From positions 30,942-94,941 of the forward strand of contig DATJUT010000112.1 in assembly GCA_035502185.1 (NCBI GenBank): DNA of 64,000 bases, read 5' to 3'. Every line of letters begins with the position of its first letter. Position 1 is the first letter of the stretch. This document shows, one piece after another, positions 10,013 to 19,626 of the stretch. Under the pieces are notes generated by a model. That model had not been told where the DNA came from, did not search any database, and was given only the letters and a program-made list of their open reading frames with translations. The DNA is from Gemmatimonadales bacterium. Its GTDB lineage: Bacteria; Gemmatimonadota; Gemmatimonadetes; Gemmatimonadales; JACORV01. A program made the translations under genes and the position numbers.

Positions 10013-13000
10013 ATGCCGCTGCCGCGACTCGTCGCCCAGTTCGGCGCCCTGGCCGAGGTGCAGACGCTGCTCGCCGCGCTGCGCCAGCGGCGGGATTCCC
10101 GTGCGCTGGCCGCGCTGCCCGGCTCCTCCGATGCGCTGCTGGTGGCGGCGCACGCGCTGGACCGGCCGGACCTGTTGACCGTCGTGGTCGCGGCCGCGCC
10201 CACCGACGCGGAGCGGTGGCTGGCCGACCTGACGGTGCTCCTCACCGACGAGGCGGTCGCGCTGTACCCGCAGCGCGAGGGCCTCGGCGAGAACGAGCCG
10301 CACTACGAGATCGCGGGCGAGCGCGTGGAGACGCTGGAGCGGCTGAACCGGGGCGCGGCACGGGTGATCGTGACGACGGCCCGCGCGACGGGCGAGCGGA
10401 CGCTCATTCCCGCGGCGCTCGAGGCCGCCCGCCTGGACCTCGCGGTCGGCGTCTCGTTCCGGGACGCCGTCGGGCGGCTCGAGCGCATGGGCTACGGCCG
10501 GGTGCCGATGGTCACCGAGGTGGCCCAGTTCTCGGTGCGCGGCGGCATCGTGGACGTCTACGGCTTCGGCATGGCGCAGCCGGCGCGGGCGGAGTTCTGG
10601 GACGACGCGTGCGTCGCGCTGCGCACGTTCGACCTCTCGACCCAGCGGTCCACCGGGCCGGCCGAGCGGGTGACGGTGCTGCCGGTGGACCCGCGGGCCA
10701 CGCTGGGTGGCGAGGGGGAGTCGGTGCGGCGCGGGCTGTTCGAGCTGCTGCCGCCGGGCACGCTGGTCGTGGAGGACGGCGAGGCACGGCTCGCCGAGGA
10801 GGTGCGCCGGGCCTGGGCCGAGGCCGAGCATCACGCGGCCATCGCCCGGCGGCTCGGCGAGGTGGTGCCGCCGCGCGAGGCGATGCTGGTCGAGCCCGGG
10901 GCGTGGGACGCGGCGCGCGGCGCCTTTCCGCGCCTGGCGCTCCGGGCGGCCGGCGGGGCGCCGCTGCCGGTCGGGCCGCCCCCCGAGGTGGGGCGCGACC
11001 TCGCGCGGCTGCGGCCGGCAGCGGGCGTCGAGGCGCTGGTGCTGTGCGACAACCAGGGCCAGCTCGAGCGGCTCGAGGAGCTGCTGGGCGAGGGCGGCGG
11101 CTTCCCCGAGCGGCTGCACCTCGCGGTGGGCGCGCTCGACGGCGGCTTCGCGCTGCCGGGGCTCGTGGTCTTCACCGATCACCAGATCTTCCGGCGGGCG
11201 CGGCGGATCCGGCGCCCGCGGCGCTACCGCCAGGCCTCGCCGGTGGGCGCGGTCGCGGCCCTGAAGCCGGGCGACGCCGTGGTGCACCTCGAGCACGGCA
11301 TCGGGATCTACCGCGGGATGCAGACCATCGCGGTCGCGGACGGCACGCTGGACGTGGCGGCGGTCGAGTACGAAGGCGGCGACCTGCTGCACGTGCCCCT
11401 GCACCGGATCGACCAGCTGGAGCGGTTCCGCGGCGTGGACGATGCGGGCGGCGACGCGAAGCCGCCCAAGCTCGACCGCCTGGGCGGCAAGCGCTGGGCG
11501 CGGGTGCGGCGCCAGGCGGAGGAGGCGGTCCACCGGATGGCGGCGGAGCTGCTCGACCTGTACGCGCGCCGCCGCCTGGCGTCCGGGTACGCGTTCCCGC
11601 CCGACGGCAAGTGGCAGCGCGAGCTGGAGTCGTCGTTCCTCTACGAGGACACGCCCGACCAGCGGCGCGCGACCGAGGAGGTGAAGGGGGACATGGAGGC
11701 GCCGCGGCCGATGGACCGCCTCGTCGTGGGCGACGTCGGCTACGGCAAGACCGAGATCGCCGTGCGCGCGGCGTTCAAGGCCGTCACGGCCGGCAAGCAG
11801 GTCGCCGTCCTGGCGCCCACCACGATTCTGGCGGAGCAGCACGGCCGCACCTTCAGCGAGCGGCTGGCCGACTACCCGGTCCGGCTGGTCACGCTGTCCC
11901 GGTTCCGCACCCCGAAGGAGCAGCGCGCGGCGCTCGCCGACCTGGCCGCCGGCACGCTGGACGTGGTGATCGGGACCCACCGGCTGCTGTCGCCCGACGT
12001 GCAGTTCCACGATCTGGGGCTGATCGTCGTGGACGAGGAGCATCGGTTCGGCGTGGAGCACAAGGAGCGGCTCAAGCGGCTGCGGCTCGCGGTGGACGTG
12101 CTGACGCTGACGGCGACGCCCATTCCGCGGACGCTGCAGCTCTCGCTGGCCGGGCTGCGGGACCTCACGCTGATCGAGACCCCGCCGCGGGACCGCTCGC
12201 CGGTGCTGACCTTCGTGGAGCCGTGGGACGACGAGCTGCTCGAGGAGGCGATCGCGCGCGAGCTGGATCGCGGCGGGCAGGTGTACTTCGTGCACAACCG
12301 GATCGAGACGATCGAGACGGTGGCGGAGCGGCTGCGCCGGGTGGTGCCGCGGGCGACGGTGGCGATCGCGCACGGCGAGATGCGCTCGCGCGACCTGGAC
12401 GAGGTGATGCGCCGGTTCGTCGCGGGCGAGGTGGGCGTGCTGTGCTCCACGATGATCGTCGAGTCCGGGCTCGACGTGCCCAACGCCAACACCATGATCG
12501 TGCACCAGGCCCACCAGCTCGGCCTGGCGCAGCTCTACCAGCTCCGCGGCCGGGTGGGCCGCAGCCACCGGCGCGCCTACTGCTACCTGCTGGTGCCCGA
12601 CGACGTGGATCAGGCCGCGGAGGCGCGGCTGGAGACGCTGGTGCACTACACCGAGCTGGGGGCCGGCTACCGGATCGCGCTCAAGGACCTCGAGCTCCGG
12701 GGAGCGGGCAACATCCTCGGCGCGGAGCAATCGGGATTCGCGATGTCGGTGGGCGTGGACGTCTACCTGCGGATGCTCGAAGACACGGTGCGGAGCCTGA
12801 AGGGCGAGGCCCGGGGCGTGGTGGCGGCGCCGCCCGAGGTGCTGCTGGACCGCGCGGCGCTGCTGCCGGATCCGTACGTGCCCGACGACGCGGCGAAGCT
12901 CGACCTGTACCGGCGGCTGGCGCGCAGTCAGTCCAGTGGCGAGATTGAACAGTTGCGGGAGGAGATGGTGGACCGGTTCGGCCGGCCTCCCGCCGAGGCC

Positions 13001-13276
13001 GAGGCGCTCGTCGCGCTCACCCACCTGCGGGTGATCGGCGCGCGTCTCGGCCTCGAAACGGTTCTGGTGCGGGGCGACGAGGCGCGCCTGGTGTTCCGGA
13101 CGGGCGCGGTGCCGCGGCTGGCGAATCTCACGGCCGCCATGGACGAGGTGCAGTTCGACGCGGAGGTGCGCCGGGCGGCCCCGCTGGTGATGAAGCTCCG
13201 CCGGCTCGGCGGGATGCCGCTGGTGGCGGGACTGGTGCGCGCGCTGTCGCGCGCCGTGGATGAGACACTTCCATAG
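10013..13276 (+). CDS. mfd: transcription-repair coupling factor
   Basis: 1087 aa. CarD-like region reads GDAVVHLEHGIGIYRG. Helicase motifs are GDVGYGKTE, VDEEHRFG and LTLTATPIPRTL, and a TRCF C-terminal domain is present. Confidence 0.97.
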   Translation: MPLPRLVAQFGALAEVQTLLAALRQRRDSRALAALPGSSDALLVAAHALDRPDLLTVVVAAAPTDAERWLADLTVLLTDEAVALYPQREGLGENEPHYEIAGERVETLERLNRGAARVIVTTARATGERTLIPAALEAARLDLAVGVSFRDAVGRLERMGYGRVPMVTEVAQFSVRGGIVDVYGFGMAQPARAEFWDDACVALRTFDLSTQRSTGPAERVTVLPVDPRATLGGEGESVRRGLFELLPPGTLVVEDGEARLAEEVRRAWAEAEHHAAIARRLGEVVPPREAMLVEPGAWDAARGAFPRLALRAAGGAPLPVGPPPEVGRDLARLRPAAGVEALVLCDNQGQLERLEELLGEGGGFPERLHLAVGALDGGFALPGLVVFTDHQIFRRARRIRRPRRYRQASPVGAVAALKPGDAVVHLEHGIGIYRGMQTIAVADGTLDVAAVEYEGGDLLHVPLHRIDQLERFRGVDDAGGDAKPPKLDRLGGKRWARVRRQAEEAVHRMAAELLDLYARRRLASGYAFPPDGKWQRELESSFLYEDTPDQRRATEEVKGDMEAPRPMDRLVVGDVGYGKTEIAVRAAFKAVTAGKQVAVLAPTTILAEQHGRTFSERLADYPVRLVTLSRFRTPKEQRAALADLAAGTLDVVIGTHRLLSPDVQFHDLGLIVVDEEHRFGVEHKERLKRLRLAVDVLTLTATPIPRTLQLSLAGLRDLTLIETPPRDRSPVLTFVEPWDDELLEEAIARELDRGGQVYFVHNRIETIETVAERLRRVVPRATVAIAHGEMRSRDLDEVMRRFVAGEVGVLCSTMIVESGLDVPNANTMIVHQAHQLGLAQLYQLRGRVGRSHRRAYCYLLVPDDVDQAAEARLETLVHYTELGAGYRIALKDLELRGAGNILGAEQSGFAMSVGVDVYLRMLEDTVRSLKGEARGVVAAPPEVLLDRAALLPDPYVPDDAAKLDLYRRLARSQSSGEIEQLREEMVDRFGRPPAEAEALVALTHLRVIGARLGLETVLVRGDEARLVFRTGAVPRLANLTAAMDEVQFDAEVRRAAPLVMKLRRLGGMPLVAGLVRALSRAVDETLP

Positions 13277-13284
13277 GAGAGACG

Positions 13285-14760
13285 ATGGTTCGCCGCCTTG
13301 CGGTGGTATCGCTGTTCGCGCTGGCCGGCTGCTCGGGACTGCGCGACGCGCTGTCGGCCCACCAGGACGTGGTGGCCCGCGCGGCCGGACAGGAGCTGAC
13401 GGTCACGCAGCTGGCCGAGCTCGTGGCTCCGGTCAAGCAGATCCCGCTGCGGCGGGAGGTGATGGAGCGCCTGGCCGACGACTGGGTGGACTACCAGCTC
13501 CTCGCCCGCGCCGTGGCGCGGGGCGACAGCCTCCTCGACAGCGCGACCGTGATCGCGGTGAACTGGCCCGCGGTGATGCAGCGCGTCGCCGACCGCTACC
13601 ACGACGCGGTGATCGGCAGCCGCGCCGAGCTGACCCCGCAGCAGGTGGACAGCGCCTACAACGCCGGCGACCTGCGCTGGCTCGACCACATCCTGGTCCG
13701 CGTGTCGCCCGACACGTCGGCGGATCTCAAGGCGGCGAAGCTGCGCCAGCTGCAGGGGTATCTCACGCAGCTGCGCCACGGCGCCGACTTCGCCAGGCTG
13801 GCGTCCCAGAAGTCCGACGATCCCGGCAGCGCGAAGGCCGGCGGCTCGCTGGGGCTGGTGGCGCGCGGGACGATGATCAAGGCGTTCGAGGATGCGGCCT
13901 GGGGCCTCAAGCCGGGCCAGCTGTCGGATCCGGTGCAGACGCCCTGGGGGTACCACATCATCTGGCGGCCGACGCTCGCGCAGGTGCGGGACTCGTTCGC
14001 GACCGGCGTGAAGGGCACCCTGGTGCAGCGGTTCGACTCGATCTACGCCGACAGCGTCAACCGCGCGGCCGAGATCAAGATCAAGGGCTCCGCGCCGGCC
14101 GCGGCGCGCGCCGCCGCGCAGAACGTGCGGGCGTACCAGGGCAGCGGGCGCGTGCTCGCGACCTACCGCGGCGGGTCGCTGACGCTGGGCGAGTTCGTCC
14201 GCTGGCTGGAGGCGTTCCCGCCGCAGACCCGGGCGGCGGTCGCCCAGGCGGCGGACTCGTCCCTGAACCAGTTCCTGCAGACGGTGGTGCGCAACGAGAT
14301 CCTGATCAACGCGGCCAAGGTCCGGGGCATCAACCTGACGGCGGCGGACCGGGACACGATCCGCACCTTCTACCACGCGGACCTCGACACGATGGAGGCG
14401 CGCCTCGGCGTGGCGCCGGAGTCGCTCGCCGCCGACACGGCCGCCCGGCGCAGCCGCACCGAGGCCGCCGCGCACCGCGCGGAGCGCTACTTCGCCGACC
14501 TCGTCTCCGCTCCCACCGCGCACCCGTTCTTCGAGCTGCCGGCGTTCCTGTCCGACGTGCTGCGCGCCCGCTCCTCGTGGGACGTCTCGCCGGCGGGCGT
14601 GGACCGCGCGCTGGAGAAGGCGACGGCGCTCCGCGGTCCGGTGACGCCGCGCGGCCAGGTGCCCGGCGTGCCGCCGATGACCCCGGCGCCGAGCGGGCCG
14701 CCGGTCGGGGTGCAGCCGGCCCCGGGGGCGCCGAGTCCCGCCAAGAAGGGAGCCCGGTAG
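13285..14760 (+). CDS. parvulin-type peptidyl-prolyl isomerase lipoprotein (PrsA/SurA-like)
   Basis: Lipobox VSLFALAGCSG. PpiC domain reads FARLASQKSDDPGSAKAGGSLGLVARGTMIKAFEDAAW...TPWGYHIIW. An AGGAG-like RBS precedes the ATG. Confidence 0.85.
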   Translation: MVRRLAVVSLFALAGCSGLRDALSAHQDVVARAAGQELTVTQLAELVAPVKQIPLRREVMERLADDWVDYQLLARAVARGDSLLDSATVIAVNWPAVMQRVADRYHDAVIGSRAELTPQQVDSAYNAGDLRWLDHILVRVSPDTSADLKAAKLRQLQGYLTQLRHGADFARLASQKSDDPGSAKAGGSLGLVARGTMIKAFEDAAWGLKPGQLSDPVQTPWGYHIIWRPTLAQVRDSFATGVKGTLVQRFDSIYADSVNRAAEIKIKGSAPAAARAAAQNVRAYQGSGRVLATYRGGSLTLGEFVRWLEAFPPQTRAAVAQAADSSLNQFLQTVVRNEILINAAKVRGINLTAADRDTIRTFYHADLDTMEARLGVAPESLAADTAARRSRTEAAAHRAERYFADLVSAPTAHPFFELPAFLSDVLRARSSWDVSPAGVDRALEKATALRGPVTPRGQVPGVPPMTPAPSGPPVGVQPAPGAPSPAKKGAR

Positions 14761-14764
14761 CCCG

Positions 14765-16084
14765 GTGACCGCGCGCCTGCGCGCCGCGTGGTGGGCGCTG
14801 CTGCTGGCGCCCGCGCCGCTCGCGGCGCAGCAGGCGCCGCAGCTCGTCGACCGCGTGGTTGCGGTCGTGGGGACCGAGCCGATCCTGCTTTCCGACGTCC
14901 AGGAGCGGGTGCTGATCCAGCAGTCGCAGAACGGCCTGCGGCTGCCGCCGGACTCCGCCGGCCGGACGGCGCTGCGGCGGCAGATCCTCCAGACGATGAT
15001 CGACGACGAGGTCCTCTATCAGAAGGCGCGGCGCGACACCTCGATCACGGTGGCCGACGCCGAGGTGCTGAGCAAGGCCGAGGACCAGGCCCGCTCGATC
15101 CGCGGCCAGTACCGCAGCGAGGGCGAGTTCCGGGCCGCCATCGCGGCGTCGGGCTTCGGCACCCCGGAGGAGTGGCGCCGCTGGCTGACCGAGCAGCAGC
15201 GCCGCTCGCAGTACGAGGACGCCTACCTCGGCAAGCTCCGCCAGGACGGGAAGCTCAAGCCCGCCAGCGTGACGATGTCCGAGCTGCGCGACGCCTTCCG
15301 CGACTGGCAGGCGCAGGGGCAGCAGAACAAGCGGCCCGCGATGGTGTTCTTCAAGCAGATCGTGGTGGCCCCGCGCCCGACGGCCGAGGCCCGGGCGGCG
15401 GCGCTGGCACGCGCGGAGTCGGTCCTGGTCCAGCTCCGCCACGGGGCCGACTTCGAGACGCTCGCCCGCCGCTTCTCCGACGACCCGGGAACGCGGGAGG
15501 TGGGCGGCGACCTCGGCTGGTTCCGGCGGGGCACGATGGTGGACGCGTTCGAGAAAGTCGCGTTCGCCACGCCGGAGGGCGGGATCGCGGGCCCGGTGGA
15601 AACGCCCTACGGCTACCACATCATCAAGGTCGAGCACGTGCAGCCGGGCGAGATCAAGGCGCGGCACATCCTGTTCATTCCGGCCGTCGACTCGGCCAAC
15701 CTGGCCGTGGCACGCGCGCGCGCCGACACCGTGTTCGCGCTGCTCAAGGGCGGCGCGGATTTCGACTCGCTCGCCGGCCTCTACGCCGACACCACGGAAC
15801 AGGTGCGGGTGGACTCGGTCGAGCGCGCCAAGCTCCCGCCCATCTACGCCGCCGCGTTCGACTCGGCGACCATCGGCCAGCCCATCCCGCCGTTCGCCAT
15901 CAGCACGGAGTCGGCGAACCGCACCAAGTACGCGGTCGCGATCCTGACCGCCGTGGAGCCCGAGCGGGACTTCACGTTCGAGGACGTGCGCGACCAGCTG
16001 CGGCAGCGACTCACCCAGCAGAAGGCCGTCCAGGAGCTGCTCCGCTCACTCCGGAACCAGACGTACGTGAGCGAGCGGCTGTGA
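14765..16084 (+). CDS. SurA-like periplasmic chaperone / parvulin PPIase
   Basis: Signal peptide ends ...LLLAPAPLAAQQ. There is a SurA_N-like region. PpiC domain reads FETLARRFSDDPGTREVGGDLGWFRRGTMVDAFE...TPYGYHIIKV. It lies immediately upstream of pdxA, matching the surA-pdxA synteny known from E. coli. Confidence 0.85.
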   Translation: MTARLRAAWWALLLAPAPLAAQQAPQLVDRVVAVVGTEPILLSDVQERVLIQQSQNGLRLPPDSAGRTALRRQILQTMIDDEVLYQKARRDTSITVADAEVLSKAEDQARSIRGQYRSEGEFRAAIAASGFGTPEEWRRWLTEQQRRSQYEDAYLGKLRQDGKLKPASVTMSELRDAFRDWQAQGQQNKRPAMVFFKQIVVAPRPTAEARAAALARAESVLVQLRHGADFETLARRFSDDPGTREVGGDLGWFRRGTMVDAFEKVAFATPEGGIAGPVETPYGYHIIKVEHVQPGEIKARHILFIPAVDSANLAVARARADTVFALLKGGADFDSLAGLYADTTEQVRVDSVERAKLPPIYAAAFDSATIGQPIPPFAISTESANRTKYAVAILTAVEPERDFTFEDVRDQLRQRLTQQKAVQELLRSLRNQTYVSERL

Positions 16085-16146
16085 AGCGGCGCTGAGCTCG
16101 CTACGCCCCATCCGTCCGCTCCCGGCCTGCCGTCTTCCGAGCAACG

Positions 16147-17061
16147 ATGCCCGTCCACGCGCCCCGGCTCGCCATAACCGTCGGTGACCCTCGGGGCATC
16201 GGTCCCGAGATCGTGGCCGCCGCCATCGGCGCGGCCGGGGCCGAGACCACCGTCGTCGGGCCCGACGACGTCATCGCGGGCATCCCCGCCGACCACAGGG
16301 CCGGGGTGGGGCGCTGGGACGGCGCGCCGCCGGGCGGCGCCCGCCTCGAGCTGGCGGGGCGGCTCACCGGGCTGGCCGTCGAGGCCGCGGTACGGCTGTG
16401 GAAGGAAGACCGGGTGGACGCCATCGTGACGGGCCCGGGGGACAAGCGGGCGCTCAACGCGGCGGGCTACCGGTTTCCCGGCCACACCGAGCTGCTGCGC
16501 GACCTGACGGGCGCGCGGCAGGTGGCGATGATGCTGGCCTCGGACCGGCTCCGCGTGGTGCTGGTCACGACGCACCTGGCCTTGCGCGATGCCCTCTCGA
16601 TCCTGACGCCCGAGCGGATCGTGGAGGTCGGCCTCGTCGCCCGGCAGTACCTGACGGCGTGGTTCGGCCTCGCCGCGCCGCGGCTCGCGCTGTGCGCCCT
16701 CAATCCGCACGCGGGCGAGGGCGGCCTGTTCGGGCACGAGGAGGCGCGGGTCCTCGGCCCGGCCGCCCGCACCCTCGACATCGCCGGGCCGCTGCCGGCG
16801 GACACCGTGTTCGTGCGTGCGATGCGGGGGGAGTTCGACGCCGTGCTGGCGCCCTACCACGACGTGGGGATGACGGCCATCAAGGTCGCGTCGTTCGGCC
16901 ACGCCGTGAACGTGACGCTGGGGCTGCCCGTGCCCCGCACCTCGCCCGACCACGGGACGGCGATGGATATTGCGGGGAAGGGGATCGCGGACCCGTCCTC
17001 GATGAAGGAAGCGATCAAGGTGGCGAGGGAGATTGTGGTGAGACTGAAGAGGGAGGAGTGA
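16147..17061 (+). CDS. pdxA: 4-hydroxythreonine-4-phosphate dehydrogenase
   Basis: Motifs GHTELL, ALNPHAGEGGLFGHEE, YHDVGM and TSPDHGTAMDIAGKGIADPSSM are present. Confidence 0.9.
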   Translation: MPVHAPRLAITVGDPRGIGPEIVAAAIGAAGAETTVVGPDDVIAGIPADHRAGVGRWDGAPPGGARLELAGRLTGLAVEAAVRLWKEDRVDAIVTGPGDKRALNAAGYRFPGHTELLRDLTGARQVAMMLASDRLRVVLVTTHLALRDALSILTPERIVEVGLVARQYLTAWFGLAAPRLALCALNPHAGEGGLFGHEEARVLGPAARTLDIAGPLPADTVFVRAMRGEFDAVLAPYHDVGMTAIKVASFGHAVNVTLGLPVPRTSPDHGTAMDIAGKGIADPSSMKEAIKVAREIVVRLKREE

Positions 17062-17107
17062 GCGGCTTCTCACGCGAGCGTCTCCCCTCTCACCCCTCAC
17101 CTCTCAC
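17058..17107. repeat. GTGAG/CTCAC repeat element, copy A
   Basis: Sequence is GTGAGCGGCTTCTCACGCGAGCGTCTCCCCTCTCACCCCTCACCTCTCAC. It shares the exact 20-mer GAGCGTCTCCCCTCTCACCC (17076-17095) with copy B (19429-19448). It sits between the convergent pdxA and CNNM genes and contains both stop codons. Confidence 0.8.
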
Positions 17108-18427
17108 GCCTTCTGACCTGACGAACCTCGCCTCCGCCACCCGCCGCCCGTCCATCGCCACGATCTCGAACGCCCCGCCGCCGACCTCGACGCGGTCGCC
17201 CACGACCGGCAGCCGCCCCAGCCGGCCGAACAGGTAGCCGCCCAGGGTCGTGTAGTCGTCGCTGGCGAGCGCGAGGCCGCACCGCGCGTTGACCTCGGGC
17301 AGCGTCAGGCTGCCGGGATGCGCGGCGCCCGGCGGCGGGATCGTGCCGCTCAGCCGGAGGCCGGCCGGACGGTCGTACTCGTCGTAGATCTTTCCGACGA
17401 TCTCCTCCAGCAGGTCCTCCATCGTCACCAGGCCGGCGGTCCCGCCGAACTCGTCCAGCACGATGACCATGTGCACGCTCTTGAGCTTCATGTCCGCCAG
17501 CACGTCCTCGACCTCGCGGGAGCCGGGGACGAAGTGCGCGGGCCGCATCAGCTCGGCGAGGGCGCCGGGCGGCTGGGGGCGCCGCAGGGCGGCGAGCACG
17601 TCCTTGGCGTGCACGATGCCCACGATGTCGTCGAGCGATGCCCCGGTCACGGGGTAGCGGGAGCGGCGGGCGACGGCGATCCGGTCGGCCGCCTCCGCCA
17701 GCGTCGCCGTGGCCGGCAACGCGGTCATCGCCGTGCGCGGCGTCATCACGTCGCGAGCGGTCTTCTCCGAGAACTCGAACACGCCGGCCAGCAGCCGCGC
17801 GTCGGTGCGGTCCAGGCTCCCGGCCTTGGCGCTCTGGTCCACCAGCATCCGCAGCTCCTCGGCCGAGTGCAGGCGGTCCAGCCGGGTCGGGGCGCGCAGC
17901 CCGAACACCCGGAGCACGGCGTTGGCGCTGCCCCTCAGCAGCCAGATGAAGGGATTGGTGGCGATCGTGAACGCCAGCAGCGGGCCCGCGAGCCAGGTGC
18001 TGGTGCGTTCCGGGTAGAGCAGCGCCACCGCCTTGGGGGTCAGCTCGCCGAGGACGATGTGGAGGAAGGTGATGCACAGGAACGCGAGGGTCCCGGCGAC
18101 GCCGTGGGTGGCCAGCGGGGCCAGCACGCGCGGCAGCGGTGCGAACAGGCCCTCGAGCGAGCGCGCGATGGTGGGCTCGCCCACCCAGCCGAGGCCGAGG
18201 CTGGCGAGCGTGGTGCCGAGCTGGGTGCCGGAGATCGAGCGGTCGATGGCGAGCAGGGCGCGGCGCGCCAGCTTGGCTTTTGCATCGCCCCTTCGTATCA
18301 TCGCGTCGATGCGCAGCCGGCGCGACGACACCAGGGCGAACTCGGCGGCGACGAAGAACGCGTTCGCCAGCACGAGCAGGGCGACCACGCCGATGCGCGT
18401 GGCGATGGGTTGCCAGGAGCCGTTCAT
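17090..18427 (-). CDS. CNNM/TlyC-family protein (DUF21 TM domain, CBS pair, CorC_HlyC)
   Basis: 445 aa. N-terminal TM domain reads VALLVLANAFFVAAEFALVSSRR. CBS region reads ARDVMTPR...IVGIVHAKDV. The C-terminal transporter-associated domain is present. Confidence 0.9.
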   Translation of the reverse strand: MNGSWQPIATRIGVVALLVLANAFFVAAEFALVSSRRLRIDAMIRRGDAKAKLARRALLAIDRSISGTQLGTTLASLGLGWVGEPTIARSLEGLFAPLPRVLAPLATHGVAGTLAFLCITFLHIVLGELTPKAVALLYPERTSTWLAGPLLAFTIATNPFIWLLRGSANAVLRVFGLRAPTRLDRLHSAEELRMLVDQSAKAGSLDRTDARLLAGVFEFSEKTARDVMTPRTAMTALPATATLAEAADRIAVARRSRYPVTGASLDDIVGIVHAKDVLAALRRPQPPGALAELMRPAHFVPGSREVEDVLADMKLKSVHMVIVLDEFGGTAGLVTMEDLLEEIVGKIYDEYDRPAGLRLSGTIPPPGAAHPGSLTLPEVNARCGLALASDDYTTLGGYLFGRLGRLPVVGDRVEVGGGAFEIVAMDGRRVAEARFVRSEGVRGEG

Positions 18428-18480
18428 GTCCGGGCAGGCAAGCTACACGTGATCGGGGCCCCCCGCATCCGGAGCGGGCG

Positions 18481-19362
18481 GTGAGCGAGGCCGGCTGCGT
18501 GCGGCCGCCGCAGCGGCCGGAGAGCGCCCGCGCGCTGCTGTGGGCGCTCGTGCTGACGGTGGTCATCGCGGTCGCCGAGCTGGGGGGCGGGCTGGTGTCC
18601 CGGTCGCTGGCGCTGCTGGCGGACGCCGGGCACATGGTGACCGACGCCGGCGCGCTCGGCCTGTCGCTGTTCGCGCTGTGGATCGCGCGCCGGCCGGCCA
18701 CGGCCGAGAAGTCGTTCGGCTACTACCGCCTCGAGATCATCGCGGCCCTGTTCAACGGGGCGCTGCTGATCGGCGTGACCATCTGGATCGTCGTGGCGGC
18801 CCTGGGGCGGCTCCGCCAGCCGCCGGACATCCGGTCCGGGCTGATGCTGGCGGTGGCGGTCGTCGGCCTGGCGGCGAACCTGGTCGCCGTCGTGATGCTG
18901 CACCGGGCGCGCGAGGAGAACCTCAACGCCCGGGCGGCCTACCTCCACATCCTGGGCGACACCCTGGGCTCGGTGGGCACGATCGCGGCCGCGGGCGTCA
19001 TTCTGGCGACCGGCTGGCGGCCGGCGGATCCGCTCATCTCGATCGTCATCGCCGCGCTGATCCTGGTGAGCGCGGTGCGGCTGGTGGGCGAGTCGGTGGA
19101 CGTGCTGCTGGAGGCCACGCCGCAGCACGTGTCCCTGGGCGACCTGGCCGGCGCCATCGGCGCGGTGGCGGGGGTGTCCGACGTGCACGACCTGCACGTC
19201 TGGACGGTGAGCAACGGCATCGTGGCGATGAGTGCGCACGCGACCGTGCCGGACCCGGGGCGCCACCAGGCGGCGCTGGAGGAGATCTGCCGCCGGGTGC
19301 GCACGTTCGGCATCCAGCACGTGACGATCCAGATGGAGCGGGAGACGGCGTGGCACGAGTGA
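18481..19362 (+). CDS. cation diffusion facilitator family exporter (CzcD/ZitB-like)
   Basis: GTG at 18481 is in frame, just after the divergent CNNM start. Sequence reads SLALLADAGHMVTDAGALGLSLFA...FGYYRLEI...AYLHILGDTLGSVG...DVHDLHVWT. The upstream part of the 407-aa track ORF overlaps the neighbouring gene and is shadow sequence. Confidence 0.9.
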   Translation: MSEAGCVRPPQRPESARALLWALVLTVVIAVAELGGGLVSRSLALLADAGHMVTDAGALGLSLFALWIARRPATAEKSFGYYRLEIIAALFNGALLIGVTIWIVVAALGRLRQPPDIRSGLMLAVAVVGLAANLVAVVMLHRAREENLNARAAYLHILGDTLGSVGTIAAAGVILATGWRPADPLISIVIAALILVSAVRLVGESVDVLLEATPQHVSLGDLAGAIGAVAGVSDVHDLHVWTVSNGIVAMSAHATVPDPGRHQAALEEICRRVRTFGIQHVTIQMERETAWHE

Positions 19363-19369
19363 ACCAGAA

Positions 19370-19518
19370 GTGAGAGGTGAGGGGTCAGAGGTTCGGGTGA
19401 GACGTGAGAAGCGAACGGCGTGAGAGGTGAGCGTCTCCCCTCTCACCCTCATTTCTCACGCCCTTGCACCTCTCACTTCTCACCTGAACGGTTCACCCCT
19501 CACCTCTCGCCTCTCACC
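19370..19518. repeat. GTGAG/CTCAC repeat element, copy B (about 149-bp imperfect palindrome)
   Basis: The left half consists of GTGAG-type units (GTGAGAGGTGAGGGGTCAGAGG...GTGAGACGTGAGAAG...GTGAGAGGTGAGCG). The right half consists of CTCAC-type complements (TCTCCCCTCTCACCC...CTCTCACTTCTCACC...CCCCTCACCTCTCGCCTCTCACC). It begins 8 nt after the CDF stop codon. Confidence 0.85.
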
Positions 19519-19626
19519 TGTCGTTTGGCCCCGTCCCGCCACTTGCGCACTTCCCCCCTCCCCCCTACCTTGCCGCCGCCACCACTATGAGCCCCCTCGT
19601 CTAGGTTCCGGCAACCGCGGCATCTC

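Noticed and set aside
8123-13024. Very long ORFs antisense or out of frame to real genes. Examples are 8123-13024 (-) 1633 aa, 41661-45467 (-) 1268 aa, 47631-50954 (-) 1107 aa, 30473-33637 (-) 1054 aa and 8560-12948 (+) 1462 aa.
   Set aside because: Their translations are monotonous Arg/Ala/Gly/Pro/His-rich strings with no recognisable motifs. They overlap genes with unmistakable family signatures (mfd, kdpAB, kdpD, the hybrid kinase). This is the expected stop-codon depletion of very GC-rich DNA.
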